Part shown: positions 29,211-38,607 of the stretch, piece by piece
Layout of the letters: the number at the start of each line of letters is the position of its first letter
Position numbering within the stretch: the first letter of the stretch is position 1
Source of the DNA: Gemmatimonas sp.
GTDB taxonomy: Bacteria; Gemmatimonadota; Gemmatimonadetes; Gemmatimonadales; Gemmatimonadaceae
Assembly: GCA_031414535.1 (NCBI GenBank)
Contig: JANNVQ010000030.1
Coordinates: 64,001 to 128,000, forward strand
Reading direction: 5' to 3'
Length of the DNA stretch: 64,000 bases
Translations under genes and position numbers: made by a program
Notes under the pieces: model-generated
What the model saw: the letters and a program-made list of their open reading frames with translations, nothing else
Told to the model about the DNA's origin: nothing
The model's database searches: none

Positions 29211-30056
29211 GTGCGCGTCGCCCGTTTCGTTGTCCCCGCCCTGCTCCTCATTGCCGCTCCCGCCGCGTCCCTGGGCGCCCAGCAGCGAGCCATGCCACTG
29301 GAAGCCGTGCTCTCGTTGCCGCTCGACGTCACGCGGATGATTGCGCCCGGCGAGACCAAGAGTGCCGCGCTCGCGGCCAGTGATGCGATGCTCAGCGACA
29401 GTTCACACTTTGGGCGTTGGCTCTTTGAGGGCAAGCGCGGGCAACGGGTGACCGTGACGCAGCGCTCCGCGACCTTCGACACCTTCCTACACGTAGGGAA
29501 GCAGGGTGCTAGCGAGGTCGCTGCGCAGAACGACGATGCCGAGGAGACAAACTCCGAGATTTCGTACACGCTCCCTGAGGACGGTGTGTACGTCATCATC
29601 GCTGGCTCATTCGCGCCGCGCGAGACGGGTGACTACACCCTAACGCTGGCCGTGCAGGATCCCCTGCCTGGCATGACGGGCCCTGTCACGCCCGTGACTG
29701 TGCTGCTCAGGGACGTGGACCCGATGCTCCGGGTGGGCCTCGACCGTCGCATGGGCTCGCAGCTCGATGCACGCGATGCGCGCATGGATGACTCGACGCA
29801 TTACGAGCTCTGGTACTTCACAGCCAACGCGGGCGACAACATCAGCGTGGCGCTCGAAAGCGCCGAGTTCTCCGGTGCCCTGTTCGTGGGACCACAAGGC
29901 GGTCATCGAGCGGAGGCTGGCGCCGTCGGATCACGACCGCAGGTCAATTTCACGGCACAGGCCAGCGGCACCTTCGTGATTGTCGTGAAGGGGAATGGGC
30001 TCAACGACCGGGGCAGCTACATGCTCGACATCGCGAGGAAGCCGCGTATCCCCTAG
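29211..30056 (+). CDS. Secreted protein with two PPC domains (second degenerate)
   Basis: GGAGG then GTG 29211; signal peptide LGA-Q; PPC motifs. Confidence 0.8.
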   Translation: MRVARFVVPALLLIAAPAASLGAQQRAMPLEAVLSLPLDVTRMIAPGETKSAALAASDAMLSDSSHFGRWLFEGKRGQRVTVTQRSATFDTFLHVGKQGASEVAAQNDDAEETNSEISYTLPEDGVYVIIAGSFAPRETGDYTLTLAVQDPLPGMTGPVTPVTVLLRDVDPMLRVGLDRRMGSQLDARDARMDDSTHYELWYFTANAGDNISVALESAEFSGALFVGPQGGHRAEAGAVGSRPQVNFTAQASGTFVIVVKGNGLNDRGSYMLDIARKPRIP

Positions 30057-30727
30057 CGTGCGGCGTTGCTCGACTCGTCGCAGACCGCGAGCCCATCAAG
30101 TGAATCAACCGGTGTTCCGGGCACCCCATCCGTTCCGGTGAAAATGCGACAGCGTGGCGCGAAGTCGCGGTAGCTCGCTTCGGCGACAAACGAAGTGCTG
30201 TCGGCGCGCAGCAGCGACACGCTGACATTTGGCGAGGGCTCGAACATCAGCGAGTCCATCGTCGATGCATAGTGACCGTAATCCGAGAAGAAAGCCTCCT
30301 GCGCGGTCACGAAGTTTCGCAGGTCCGCCTTCATTGTGGCTTTGTACGCCTTCGGGTACATGTGCGGCCGATTGGACTCCGCGCCCACGACAATCATCAA
30401 GCCTAGCGCGCCCAGGACGATACTGAGCGGCGCATGTAGCACCCGTCGCAGGAGCAATGGAGATGACGGTGTAGCACCCGCGTCTTTCGGCGCGGAAAAT
30501 TGCAGCATCCTGTCGCCAGCGAGACCGTACACGAGCCCGTAGCCGGCCCAGACGACGAGAGAGGCAATCCCCAAGTCGTAGACGTCGGCGACGTCTCCCA
30601 TCCGCAGCCACGCGGCGACGAGAAACGGGAAGAGCACGCTCAGCACGCGCGCGATCAGCACGTTACGGTACCAGCCCCAACAGGGAATGAGGGCGGCCTC
30701 CCAGTTCCAGCGTCGAGGTGATTTCAT
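30053..30727 (-). CDS. Membrane protein with a C-terminal type IV pilin-like globular domain
   Basis: Three hydrophobic segments, then 'KAYKATMKADLRNFVTAQEAFFSDYGHYA' and a C-terminal Cys pair. Confidence 0.6.
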   Translation of the reverse strand: MKSPRRWNWEAALIPCWGWYRNVLIARVLSVLFPFLVAAWLRMGDVADVYDLGIASLVVWAGYGLVYGLAGDRMLQFSAPKDAGATPSSPLLLRRVLHAPLSIVLGALGLMIVVGAESNRPHMYPKAYKATMKADLRNFVTAQEAFFSDYGHYASTMDSLMFEPSPNVSVSLLRADSTSFVAEASYRDFAPRCRIFTGTDGVPGTPVDSLDGLAVCDESSNAAR

Positions 30728-31507
30728 TCAGTGTGCTCCAGAAAGGAGGGTGGCCGCTGCCGACAATCCAAACCCCGCCGCGCAAGCCACGAGCTGCTTC
30801 ACAGGTAAATCCCAAGTCTTCTGCGCCTTCAGCTGCGAGACCATCACCGCGGCGCCAACAAAAAGAAACGAACCGGCCGCCACCGGAACGACCACCTCGG
30901 CAGCCTCTGCCGTGCCCTCCCCGAGCCAGAGCGTGAGCCCAGCGCCGACGAAGGCCATCATGCCACTCAGCAAGGTGAACAGCACCGCGCGCGCCGGACG
31001 CGTGCCATAGTGCACAAACACACCGAAGGTGCCCACTTCGCGGGGGAGTTCGTGCGCGAGCATCGCCATGGCCGTCGCGATACCCGGCCCCGTGCCCGCG
31101 AGGAATGCCGCCGCAATCAACGCGCCATCCACGAAATTATGCGCGGCATCGGCGCCAAAACTCACGGCCACCATCGCGGGATCATCAAAGGCCGAGATGG
31201 CCGCATCCTTCGACGGCGCTTCGTGCGCTGTGTGCTGCAAGCGGTGCAGCCAACGCTCCACGAGGTAGCTGCCCACCACGCCCGCCGCGACGCTCAAGCC
31301 CACGAAGCCCACGGCGGGATGCCGCTCATACGCCTCGGGCAACAGATGAAACACCGCCGCGCCAATCAACGCGCCCGCGCCAAAGCTCACCAGCATCGGT
31401 AGCAACCGACTCAAGGTGCGGCCGGTGCCCGCGAGCAACGCAATCACCACGAGCGGCACGCCGGTCACGGCGAGCAGGCTCAGGAAGGTCGGCATCCAAG
31501 GAATCAC
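30728..31507 (-). CDS. ZIP-family metal transporter
   Basis: 'GALIGAAVFHLLPEA', 'AHNFVDG', 'AHELPREVG', 'AAGSFL'. Confidence 0.9.
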   Translation of the reverse strand: MIPWMPTFLSLLAVTGVPLVVIALLAGTGRTLSRLLPMLVSFGAGALIGAAVFHLLPEAYERHPAVGFVGLSVAAGVVGSYLVERWLHRLQHTAHEAPSKDAAISAFDDPAMVAVSFGADAAHNFVDGALIAAAFLAGTGPGIATAMAMLAHELPREVGTFGVFVHYGTRPARAVLFTLLSGMMAFVGAGLTLWLGEGTAEAAEVVVPVAAGSFLFVGAAVMVSQLKAQKTWDLPVKQLVACAAGFGLSAAATLLSGAH

Positions 31508-31532
31508 AGCGTGAACTTATCCGTGTCGTAGA

Positions 31533-31568
31533 GGGTCCGCTCGGGTCCGCTCGGGTCCGTTCGGGTCC
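31533..31568. repeat. 10-bp tandem repeat (gggtccgctc, about 3.6 copies) in a divergent intergenic region
   Basis: gggtccgctc gggtccgctc gggtccgttc gggtcc. Confidence 0.85.
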
Positions 31569-31648
31569 AAACCCTGCCGCCGGCCCCAACCCGCAACAAT
31601 CCGGACCGGTTAGGAGTAGTTTCTCATGACCCCCCGACCCAGCTTCTA

Positions 31649-34090
31649 ATGACGCTCGATCTGCGCTACGTCCTCCGCAGCTTGGCCCGTGCCCGCGGTT
31701 TCGCCATCGCGGTGATCCTCACGCTGGGACTCGGCATTGGCGCCAACACCGCCATCTTCTCCGTGGTCAGGGGCGTGCTCCTCAAGCCACTGCCTCACCG
31801 CGACGGCGAGCGCCTGCTCTACCTGCGCCACTCCGTCCAGGCCACCGGCGTGGACATCGCGTTCTCGGTGCCGGAGATCAACGACTTCCGCCGCGAGTCG
31901 CGCACGCTCGAGCAAATCGCTGAGTACTCGCCGATTACGCTCAACTTCGTGGACGAGAGCAACGCCTCGCAGATTGACGTCGGCCTCGTCACCGGCAACT
32001 ATCTAAGCGTGATGGGCCTCGCCCCCGTGATGGGCCGTTCCTTCACCGATGGCGACGACGGCGCCGGTGCCGCACCCGTCATCATGCTCACCTACGGCTA
32101 CTGGCAGTCCTACTTCGGCGGCGATGCCACCATCGTCGGCCGCACGCTGCGCATCGCGGGCCGCAACGTGGAAGTCATCGGCGTGCTGCAGTCGGCGCCG
32201 TTCTTCCCGGGTCGCTTTGACGCCCTCATGAACATGAGCGTCAGCGAGCACCACACGAGCGCCTTGATGCAGGACGGCCGCACCCATCGCATGACGGAGG
32301 TGATTGCGCGCATGAAGCCCGACGCCTCGCTCGAGCAAGCGCGCCAGGACGTCGCGACGGTGACATCAAGAGCGCACGAGCAGTTCCCCGAGATGTACGA
32401 CAAGGCTTCCGGCTACGGCGTCACCGTCACGCCCTTCAAGGACGTGCTCGGCGCCGACGCCCGTCTCACGCTGTTCCTGCTGGTTGGCGTGGCCGCGTTC
32501 GTGCTCATCATCGCCTGCGCAAACGTCGCCAACCTCGCGCTCATGCGAGGCGTGCGCCGCGAACACGAACTCACCCTGCGCGCGGCACTTGGCGCCGGTA
32601 CCCAACGCATCCGCCGCCTGCTCATCGCCGAGAACGTAGTCCTCGCGCTCGCCGGTGCGGCGCTGGGTGTGGCCATCGCCTATGCTGGCGTGGGCATGCT
32701 GAGCGCCATCACCGCGCGCGTCTCGCCGCGCGCCGACGAGATCGCCGTGGATGGCTGGGTGCTGCTGTTCACGTTCGTGCTGTCACTCCTCGTGGCACTC
32801 TTTCTTTCCTTCGTGCCGAACATCGGTGACGAAGATGCGCTCGCGCAGGGACTGCAGGCCGGAAGCGCCAAGGCCTCCGGCGGCATTCGCCGTCGGCGCC
32901 TCCAGCAGGCGCTTGTTGTGGTACAGGTGGCCGTGAGCGTAGTGCTCCTCACCGGCACCGGACTCCTTGTGCGCTCGATGCAGCGCCTCGCCGCCGTGGA
33001 TCCCGGCCTCGACACGCACAACGTACTGACGATGGAAGTGCCCTTCGACTTCACCGCCGACGATCCAATCATCACCAAGCAGCGGCACGCGCAGATGGTG
33101 ACCGAACTCGACGCGCTCCCGCAGGTGGAAGTCGTCGGCATGGGGAGCACCACACCGCTACGCCGCGCTGGGTTTCAACTTGACTTGAAGGTTGACGGCC
33201 GTCCGCAGAATCCTGGCGAGCCGATTCCCTCGGCCGAGTATCGCACGGCGGATCCCGGATACTTCCGCGCCGCCGGCATCAAGCTGATTGAAGGCCGCGA
33301 GATTCAGACCACCGACCGCACCGGTGGAGAGCCGGTGGTGGTGATCAACCAGACGCTTGCGACGCGCCTCTGGCCTGACCAGAGTGCCGTCGGCCGACGC
33401 CTGGCGTGGACCGGCGACGTGCTGCGCTTCATTGGAATGGCCGAGAACGAATTCCGCACGGTGGTCGGCGTCGTCGCCGACACCAAGGATGGCGGCCTCG
33501 ATGCCGATCCCGTGAGTGCGGTGTTCACGCCATCGGAGCAGAGCATCTTCCCCGCGGGCACCATCGTGATGCGCGCCAACGTGGACCCTGCGACGCTGGC
33601 GCCCACGGCGCGGGAAATCGTGCGCTCCATCGCGCCGGCGCAGCCGATTGAAAACGTGCTCGCGCTGGACGCCATTCGCGACGAGAGCATCGGACCGCGC
33701 CGCTTGAATGCCCTGCTCGTGGGCAGCTTCGGCTTCCTCGCGCTGGTCATTGCCACCATCGGCATTGCCGCCGTGCTCGCATTCTCGGTGAGCGCACGCA
33801 CGGCCGAGATTGGCATCCGCATGTCACTGGGTGCGGCGCCGGGTCGTGTGCAACGCATGATTCTTGGCGAGGGTGGAACGCTGATTGGACTCGGGCTCGC
33901 GCTTGGCGTCATTGGCTCGCTCGCGCTCGCACGACTCATTCGTGGCCTGCTGTATGATGTGCCGCCGAATGATCCGCTGACGCTTCTGATTGTGGCAGCG
34001 AGCATTGCCGTCATCGGGCTTGGCGCGGCGTGGCTTCCGGCACTACGAGCCAGCAGGATTCACCCCGGTCAGGCTGTGCGGGCCAACTAA
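31649..34090 (+). CDS. ADOP-family duplicated ABC permease (MacB/FtsX-like)
   Basis: 'DLRYVLRSL', 'TLGLGIGANTAIFSVV', 'LIIACANVANL', 'EIGIRMSLGA', 'PALRASRIHP'. Confidence 0.92.
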   Translation: MTLDLRYVLRSLARARGFAIAVILTLGLGIGANTAIFSVVRGVLLKPLPHRDGERLLYLRHSVQATGVDIAFSVPEINDFRRESRTLEQIAEYSPITLNFVDESNASQIDVGLVTGNYLSVMGLAPVMGRSFTDGDDGAGAAPVIMLTYGYWQSYFGGDATIVGRTLRIAGRNVEVIGVLQSAPFFPGRFDALMNMSVSEHHTSALMQDGRTHRMTEVIARMKPDASLEQARQDVATVTSRAHEQFPEMYDKASGYGVTVTPFKDVLGADARLTLFLLVGVAAFVLIIACANVANLALMRGVRREHELTLRAALGAGTQRIRRLLIAENVVLALAGAALGVAIAYAGVGMLSAITARVSPRADEIAVDGWVLLFTFVLSLLVALFLSFVPNIGDEDALAQGLQAGSAKASGGIRRRRLQQALVVVQVAVSVVLLTGTGLLVRSMQRLAAVDPGLDTHNVLTMEVPFDFTADDPIITKQRHAQMVTELDALPQVEVVGMGSTTPLRRAGFQLDLKVDGRPQNPGEPIPSAEYRTADPGYFRAAGIKLIEGREIQTTDRTGGEPVVVINQTLATRLWPDQSAVGRRLAWTGDVLRFIGMAENEFRTVVGVVADTKDGGLDADPVSAVFTPSEQSIFPAGTIVMRANVDPATLAPTAREIVRSIAPAQPIENVLALDAIRDESIGPRRLNALLVGSFGFLALVIATIGIAAVLAFSVSARTAEIGIRMSLGAAPGRVQRMILGEGGTLIGLGLALGVIGSLALARLIRGLLYDVPPNDPLTLLIVAASIAVIGLGAAWLPALRASRIHPGQAVRAN

Positions 34091-34105
34091 TTGAATCAAT
34101 CGACA

Positions 34106-34570
34106 ATGCGCGTAACGTTCCTCGCGGTTTTAACGCTCTGCTTTTCTGCGGTTTTGCTCGAAGGACAACCCACGCGCAATGACTTGCGGCGTGGCGCCAA
34201 CGCGAGCCCGCTTGAGAGGAACGATGAGGGGGCGGCGCTCACGAAGACATTCGTCGCCAAGCAGCTCGTCGCATCCGCGGCAGGCATGTTTCTACTTGGC
34301 GGCGCGGGGGGACTGATTGCCGCCAACACGAGCAGCGCAGGCGAGGGCTTTACCGACTTGGCCAACACAGCCGTCGCGGCGATTGCAGGAGGCGTACTCG
34401 GCTCGGCAATCGGCGTCTACTGGTTCAGCAAGCGACACGGCCATCGCTCGCCATTTCTTGCGAGCCTCGCAGGAGCAGCGGTGGGCACGCTGGGATTCGC
34501 GGCCGGCGGAGCAGTGCTCGTGACGGTGCCAGTGGCGGCGGTGACTGGGCACAACTGGGCGCGTCGCTAA
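34106..34570 (+). CDS. Hypothetical exported/membrane protein (Gly/Ala-rich helices)
   Basis: Signal-like N-terminus followed by glycine-zipper-like hydrophobic segments. Confidence 0.55.
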   Translation: MRVTFLAVLTLCFSAVLLEGQPTRNDLRRGANASPLERNDEGAALTKTFVAKQLVASAAGMFLLGGAGGLIAANTSSAGEGFTDLANTAVAAIAGGVLGSAIGVYWFSKRHGHRSPFLASLAGAAVGTLGFAAGGAVLVTVPVAAVTGHNWARR

Positions 34571-34650
34571 TCACGTCTGCTCTCACATCCCGCGAAGATT
34601 AGCAAACGGTTTTTGGAACTTATGGGCCCCGTCTACCGCTAGTCTCAGCG

Positions 34651-36048
34651 GTGCACACTCTCCGAATCATTCTCGCCCTCGGCCCCTTCGTCCTCTCCAT
34701 CCTCCGCGATCAGCGGCGCTGGGTGTGGTTCGGCTTGCCGCTCATTCGCTCGCGTGACTTCCACGCGCGCCGTGCGCAAGCACTCGTTGCCCGCATTGCG
34801 AAGCTCGGCCCCACCTTCGTAAAACTCGCGCAGGTCTTCGCTGCGCGCGCCGACCTCATCCCCGAGCCCTACCTCTCGCAACTCGGCACGCTCACCGACC
34901 GCGTGCCGCCCGTGCCGTGGTCCGAGATTGATCGCGAACTGCGTGAGGCCTACGGCGCTGCGCCGGAGAACGTGTTCACGGCGATTGACCAGACGCCCAT
35001 CGCCGCCGCCTCACTCGGCCAAGTCCATCGCGCCACCTGGCGCGGCCGCGACGTGGCGGTGAAGGTGTTGCGCCCGCGCGTAGAAGACACGGTGGAGCGC
35101 GATCTCGTCTCCGCGCGCGCCATCACAGCGTGGGCCGCTCGGCGCTGGCCCGTGCCACACGTGCTTGGCTTTCAGTCGCTCGTCGAAGAGTTCGCCGCAC
35201 GCATAGCCGAGGAAATGGACTTCCGCCTTGAGGCCGAGTACGCCACCGAGGTGCGCGCCAACTTCCGCACCAATCCGCGCGTGGTCATCCCCGAAGTGAT
35301 GCACGAGATGACGCGCCGCCGCGTCATCGTGCTGGAATTCATCGAAGGCACGCGCGTGGACCGCCTCCAAGGCGGCTCCGTGGACGCGCAGAGCCTCGCG
35401 GGAATGGTGATGGAGGTCTACGTGCAGATGATGCTCGTGGACGGGCTCTTCCACGCCGACCCGCACGCCGGCAACCTCTTGCTCACGGCCAACGGCCGCC
35501 TCGTCCTGCTCGACTTCGGCATGATGGTGCGCGTGCCCAAGGAGTTGCGACTCGCGCTCATTCGCACGGTGTTCGCCTCCATCCGTCGCGATGCAGATGC
35601 GGTCGCTGAGGGTTTCATGGCACTCGGTCTCGTCGCACCGGGCGCGGACCCAGCGGAGATCAAACGGCTCGCGTCGATTCTCGTAGAGCTGAGCAGCCAA
35701 CGCACCACCACGGCGCAGCGCTTGGAGACGATGCTCGCCGACAAGGTGATGGCGTCGCTCTATGACTTCCCCGTCATTCTGCCGCGCGACCTCGTGTACT
35801 TCGCGCGTACGGCGGCGCTCATCGAAGGCATCGGGACGCGCTATGATCCGTACTTCAATGCCATTCAAGTCGGCACGCCGCTCGTGATGCGCATGCGCAG
35901 TCGCATCCTGCGCTCGCTGGGCCAAGAAGCCGAGCCCAGCGTGGAAGAACTCGCCGCGATGGCGGGCTGGGTTGTGGGACGGGCGTGGCGCAGTGTGCGC
36001 GAAGCGCTTGGCCCTTGGCTTACGCCTCGGGCGGACGCCCGCCGTTAG
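34651..36048 (+). CDS. ABC1/UbiB-family atypical kinase
   Basis: 'LGPTFVKLAQ', 'PIAAASLGQVH', 'VAVKV', 'FHADPHAGN', 'LDFGM'. Confidence 0.92.
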   Translation: MHTLRIILALGPFVLSILRDQRRWVWFGLPLIRSRDFHARRAQALVARIAKLGPTFVKLAQVFAARADLIPEPYLSQLGTLTDRVPPVPWSEIDRELREAYGAAPENVFTAIDQTPIAAASLGQVHRATWRGRDVAVKVLRPRVEDTVERDLVSARAITAWAARRWPVPHVLGFQSLVEEFAARIAEEMDFRLEAEYATEVRANFRTNPRVVIPEVMHEMTRRRVIVLEFIEGTRVDRLQGGSVDAQSLAGMVMEVYVQMMLVDGLFHADPHAGNLLLTANGRLVLLDFGMMVRVPKELRLALIRTVFASIRRDADAVAEGFMALGLVAPGADPAEIKRLASILVELSSQRTTTAQRLETMLADKVMASLYDFPVILPRDLVYFARTAALIEGIGTRYDPYFNAIQVGTPLVMRMRSRILRSLGQEAEPSVEELAAMAGWVVGRAWRSVREALGPWLTPRADARR

Positions 36049-37567
36049 CCCGAATCTCGCGCGCGCGCGCCGTGATGTCCTTGCGGCGCGTGGCATCGAG
36101 TCGCGTCAGATTCTTCAGCTGCATCACCATGCGATTGTTGCCACGCAGCGCCTGCTCGTGCCGCAGGAGATAATCCCAGTACAGCGTCGTGAACGGACAG
36201 GCCGTCTCGCCAGTGGACTCGGCCGGATCAAACCGGCAGCCTTTGCAGTGATTCCCTTGGCGCTGGATGTACTTGCCCGTGGCCACGTACGGCTTGGATG
36301 CCATCACGCCGCCATCGCCGTACTGCGACATGCCGAGTGTGTTGGGGAGCTCCACCCATTCCACAGCGTCCACATACATGCCGAGGTACCAGGCATGCAC
36401 TTGCTGCGGCTCCACGCCGAGCACCAAGGCGTAGAGACCCGTCACCATCAGGCGCTGGATGTGGTGGGAGTAGCCGTGTTTGAGCGTCTGCCCGATCGCA
36501 TCGCGTAGGCAGGCCATCTCCGTGTCGCCGGTCCAGTAGAAGGTCGGCAGCGGCTCGCGGGCGTTCATCGCATTGCGTTCGATGTACTCAGGCATGTGCA
36601 TCCAGTACACGCCGCGCACGTACTCGCGCCAGCCAAGAATCTGGCGGATGAATCCCTCAACAGCTTCCAGCGGCGCGCGCTTGTCCCAGTAGGCGCGCTC
36701 GGCTTCGGCAATCACCTCGCGTGGATCAAGCAGGTGCAGGTTCATCGCCGCGGAGAGCCGCGAGTGATAGAGCCAAGGCTCCCCCGCCCACATGGCATCC
36801 TGCCAGCGGCCGAAGTCTGCGAGGCGGTGGTCAATGAAGTCATCCAGCGCTGCACGAGCCTGTTCTGGCGTCACGGGCCAATCAAAGTGATCGAGCACGC
36901 CAGGATGCTTCGCGAACACATCGTTGATCAGTGCGATGACATCCCGCGTTGTGGCATCGGGCTCAAAGCGCATCGGGGCGGGCAGGAGCCCGGGGCCTTG
37001 CTTGCCGAAACTTTCGCGATTCTCCGCGTCAAAGTTCCACGCGTCACCCACAGGAGATCCATCGGCTTCGAGGAGCACGCTGTGCTTCTTGCGCATCTCG
37101 CGATAGAAAAACTCCATGCGGAGTTGCTTCCGTCCTTTGGCATGCGCGCGGAACTCATCAACCGTGCTCAAGAAGTGCCGATCCGTGCGCACCGTGAGTG
37201 GCACGCCGCGCTTCGCGGCCACCTGCTCGAGCAGCACACCTACCCGATGCTCGCCCGGCTCCACGACGATGAGCCCTGCGGGCTTGAGCTCGGCACAGGC
37301 GCGCGCGAGTTGGCCATCGAGTGTGCCGCTGTTACCCTCGGTATCGAGCTCGGAATAGTGGACGGTCCAGCCACGCGCACGCATCGCGTCGCGATAGTGG
37401 CGCATCGCGCTCAAGAACAGCGCCATCCGGGGCTTGTTGCTCCACACATGCGTGGACTCTCCCACCACTTCGGCCATCCATATTGAATCCACGGCGGAAT
37501 CCCCGCCGTCGAAGATTGCCGAGTTCGGGTCGAGCTGGTCGCCGAGGACGAGAAGCAGATTACGCAT
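36020..37567 (-). CDS. Iron-sulfur bacterial cryptochrome/(6-4) photolyase (PhrB/CryB type)
   Basis: 'LVLGDQL', 'RMEFFYREMR', 'EGFIRQILGWRE', 'HHIQRLM', 'VEWVELPN'; Cys in 'MACL', 'HCKGC', 'ACPF'. Confidence 0.92.
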   Translation of the reverse strand: MRNLLLVLGDQLDPNSAIFDGGDSAVDSIWMAEVVGESTHVWSNKPRMALFLSAMRHYRDAMRARGWTVHYSELDTEGNSGTLDGQLARACAELKPAGLIVVEPGEHRVGVLLEQVAAKRGVPLTVRTDRHFLSTVDEFRAHAKGRKQLRMEFFYREMRKKHSVLLEADGSPVGDAWNFDAENRESFGKQGPGLLPAPMRFEPDATTRDVIALINDVFAKHPGVLDHFDWPVTPEQARAALDDFIDHRLADFGRWQDAMWAGEPWLYHSRLSAAMNLHLLDPREVIAEAERAYWDKRAPLEAVEGFIRQILGWREYVRGVYWMHMPEYIERNAMNAREPLPTFYWTGDTEMACLRDAIGQTLKHGYSHHIQRLMVTGLYALVLGVEPQQVHAWYLGMYVDAVEWVELPNTLGMSQYGDGGVMASKPYVATGKYIQRQGNHCKGCRFDPAESTGETACPFTTLYWDYLLRHEQALRGNNRMVMQLKNLTRLDATRRKDITARAREIRANGGRPPEA

Positions 37568-37580
37568 TGGGAGTCAACGC

Positions 37581-37608
37581 AAAACCCCCCGCGTTGGTGC
37601 GCGGGGGG
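37581..37608 (-). terminator. Rho-independent terminator-like hairpin
   Basis: 9-bp GC stem followed by TTTT on the minus strand, after the 37633-38529 gene. Confidence 0.65.
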
Positions 37609-37632
37609 CTGATTTACCCGAGCACACAGCGC

Positions 37633-38529
37633 TTAGCGTGGCGCTTTCTGGTTCCCGAAGGCCCACACGAAGTTCACCAGCGGGGCACAGCAGCCGCCTT
37701 CGCTCGTGAAGCCAATGACCCCCAAGTCCGCCGAGAGGCGATCCCCGATGAATCGGAACCCACCGCTCCAAACACCATCCACTCCGGGATTCACGGAAAG
37801 CCAATTCTCCGTGATGAGCTTCACCCGCCTCGTAATTCGCTGCTCTCCGCCAAGCACGAAGACCGGTTCACTAGATGTTCCCGACCCCATCTCGTCTCCC
37901 ACGAAATAGCCCCATCCGGCTCCAATCGAGATTGCACGATCGCGGGTGCCAATCGTGGAAACCCCGTACAGGATCCCGAGACTGCCCTCATCAATGCTCT
38001 CCGGCGCGAAGAACCCGAGTCCACCCACCGCGAACGAATGGCGAGGGGAGTCGAAGATCGTGTACTTGGGCGCGACGTATAACACGCGGCCAAAAGCTCC
38101 GGGAAGAATTGGCGTGCCGCCCGCTATCGTGAATCGGTCCGTCACTCCGTAGGCGACAAAGGGAAGAAAAAGATAGAACGACGCGACGTATCCCTCTCCC
38201 TTGCGCAACGCGCGCCCCGTGGACGTGAAGAACAGTCGCGTATAGTTGGGGTCTTCGGGCCACACCTCGCCATCCGCTCGCATAGCGACGGCGCGCAGGG
38301 AAAGAATCTCACTGCGCGGAATCTCCACGCGCGCGCCGGATCGAGTGATTAGCACCAGCTGCATTTCCGTCTGCGACTCGACACGCCCAAAAAGTACGGA
38401 GCCGTCTCGGAGGCGCACCTCTACCGTGCTGTCTGCTTGCACGGCTGCCGGCACCGGCTCCTGCGCCCCGAGAGGCGGCGCGATCGCAGAAAGCAGGGCA
38501 AGGCTGAACAGCGCGGCGAGAAGACGCAT
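37633..38529 (-). CDS. Secreted hypothetical protein, probable outer-membrane beta-rich protein
   Basis: Signal peptide LGA-Q; 'VRLRDGSVLFGRV' N-domain; alternating beta strands. Confidence 0.65.
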   Translation of the reverse strand: MRLLAALFSLALLSAIAPPLGAQEPVPAAVQADSTVEVRLRDGSVLFGRVESQTEMQLVLITRSGARVEIPRSEILSLRAVAMRADGEVWPEDPNYTRLFFTSTGRALRKGEGYVASFYLFLPFVAYGVTDRFTIAGGTPILPGAFGRVLYVAPKYTIFDSPRHSFAVGGLGFFAPESIDEGSLGILYGVSTIGTRDRAISIGAGWGYFVGDEMGSGTSSEPVFVLGGEQRITRRVKLITENWLSVNPGVDGVWSGGFRFIGDRLSADLGVIGFTSEGGCCAPLVNFVWAFGNQKAPR

Positions 38530-38607
38530 CAAGGCTCCGAAAGGAAGGTCGTATGTGAACAGTAGCACCCGTCACACAGCGTTCAGCTCCCGGAGGCTTC
38601 ACCCACC

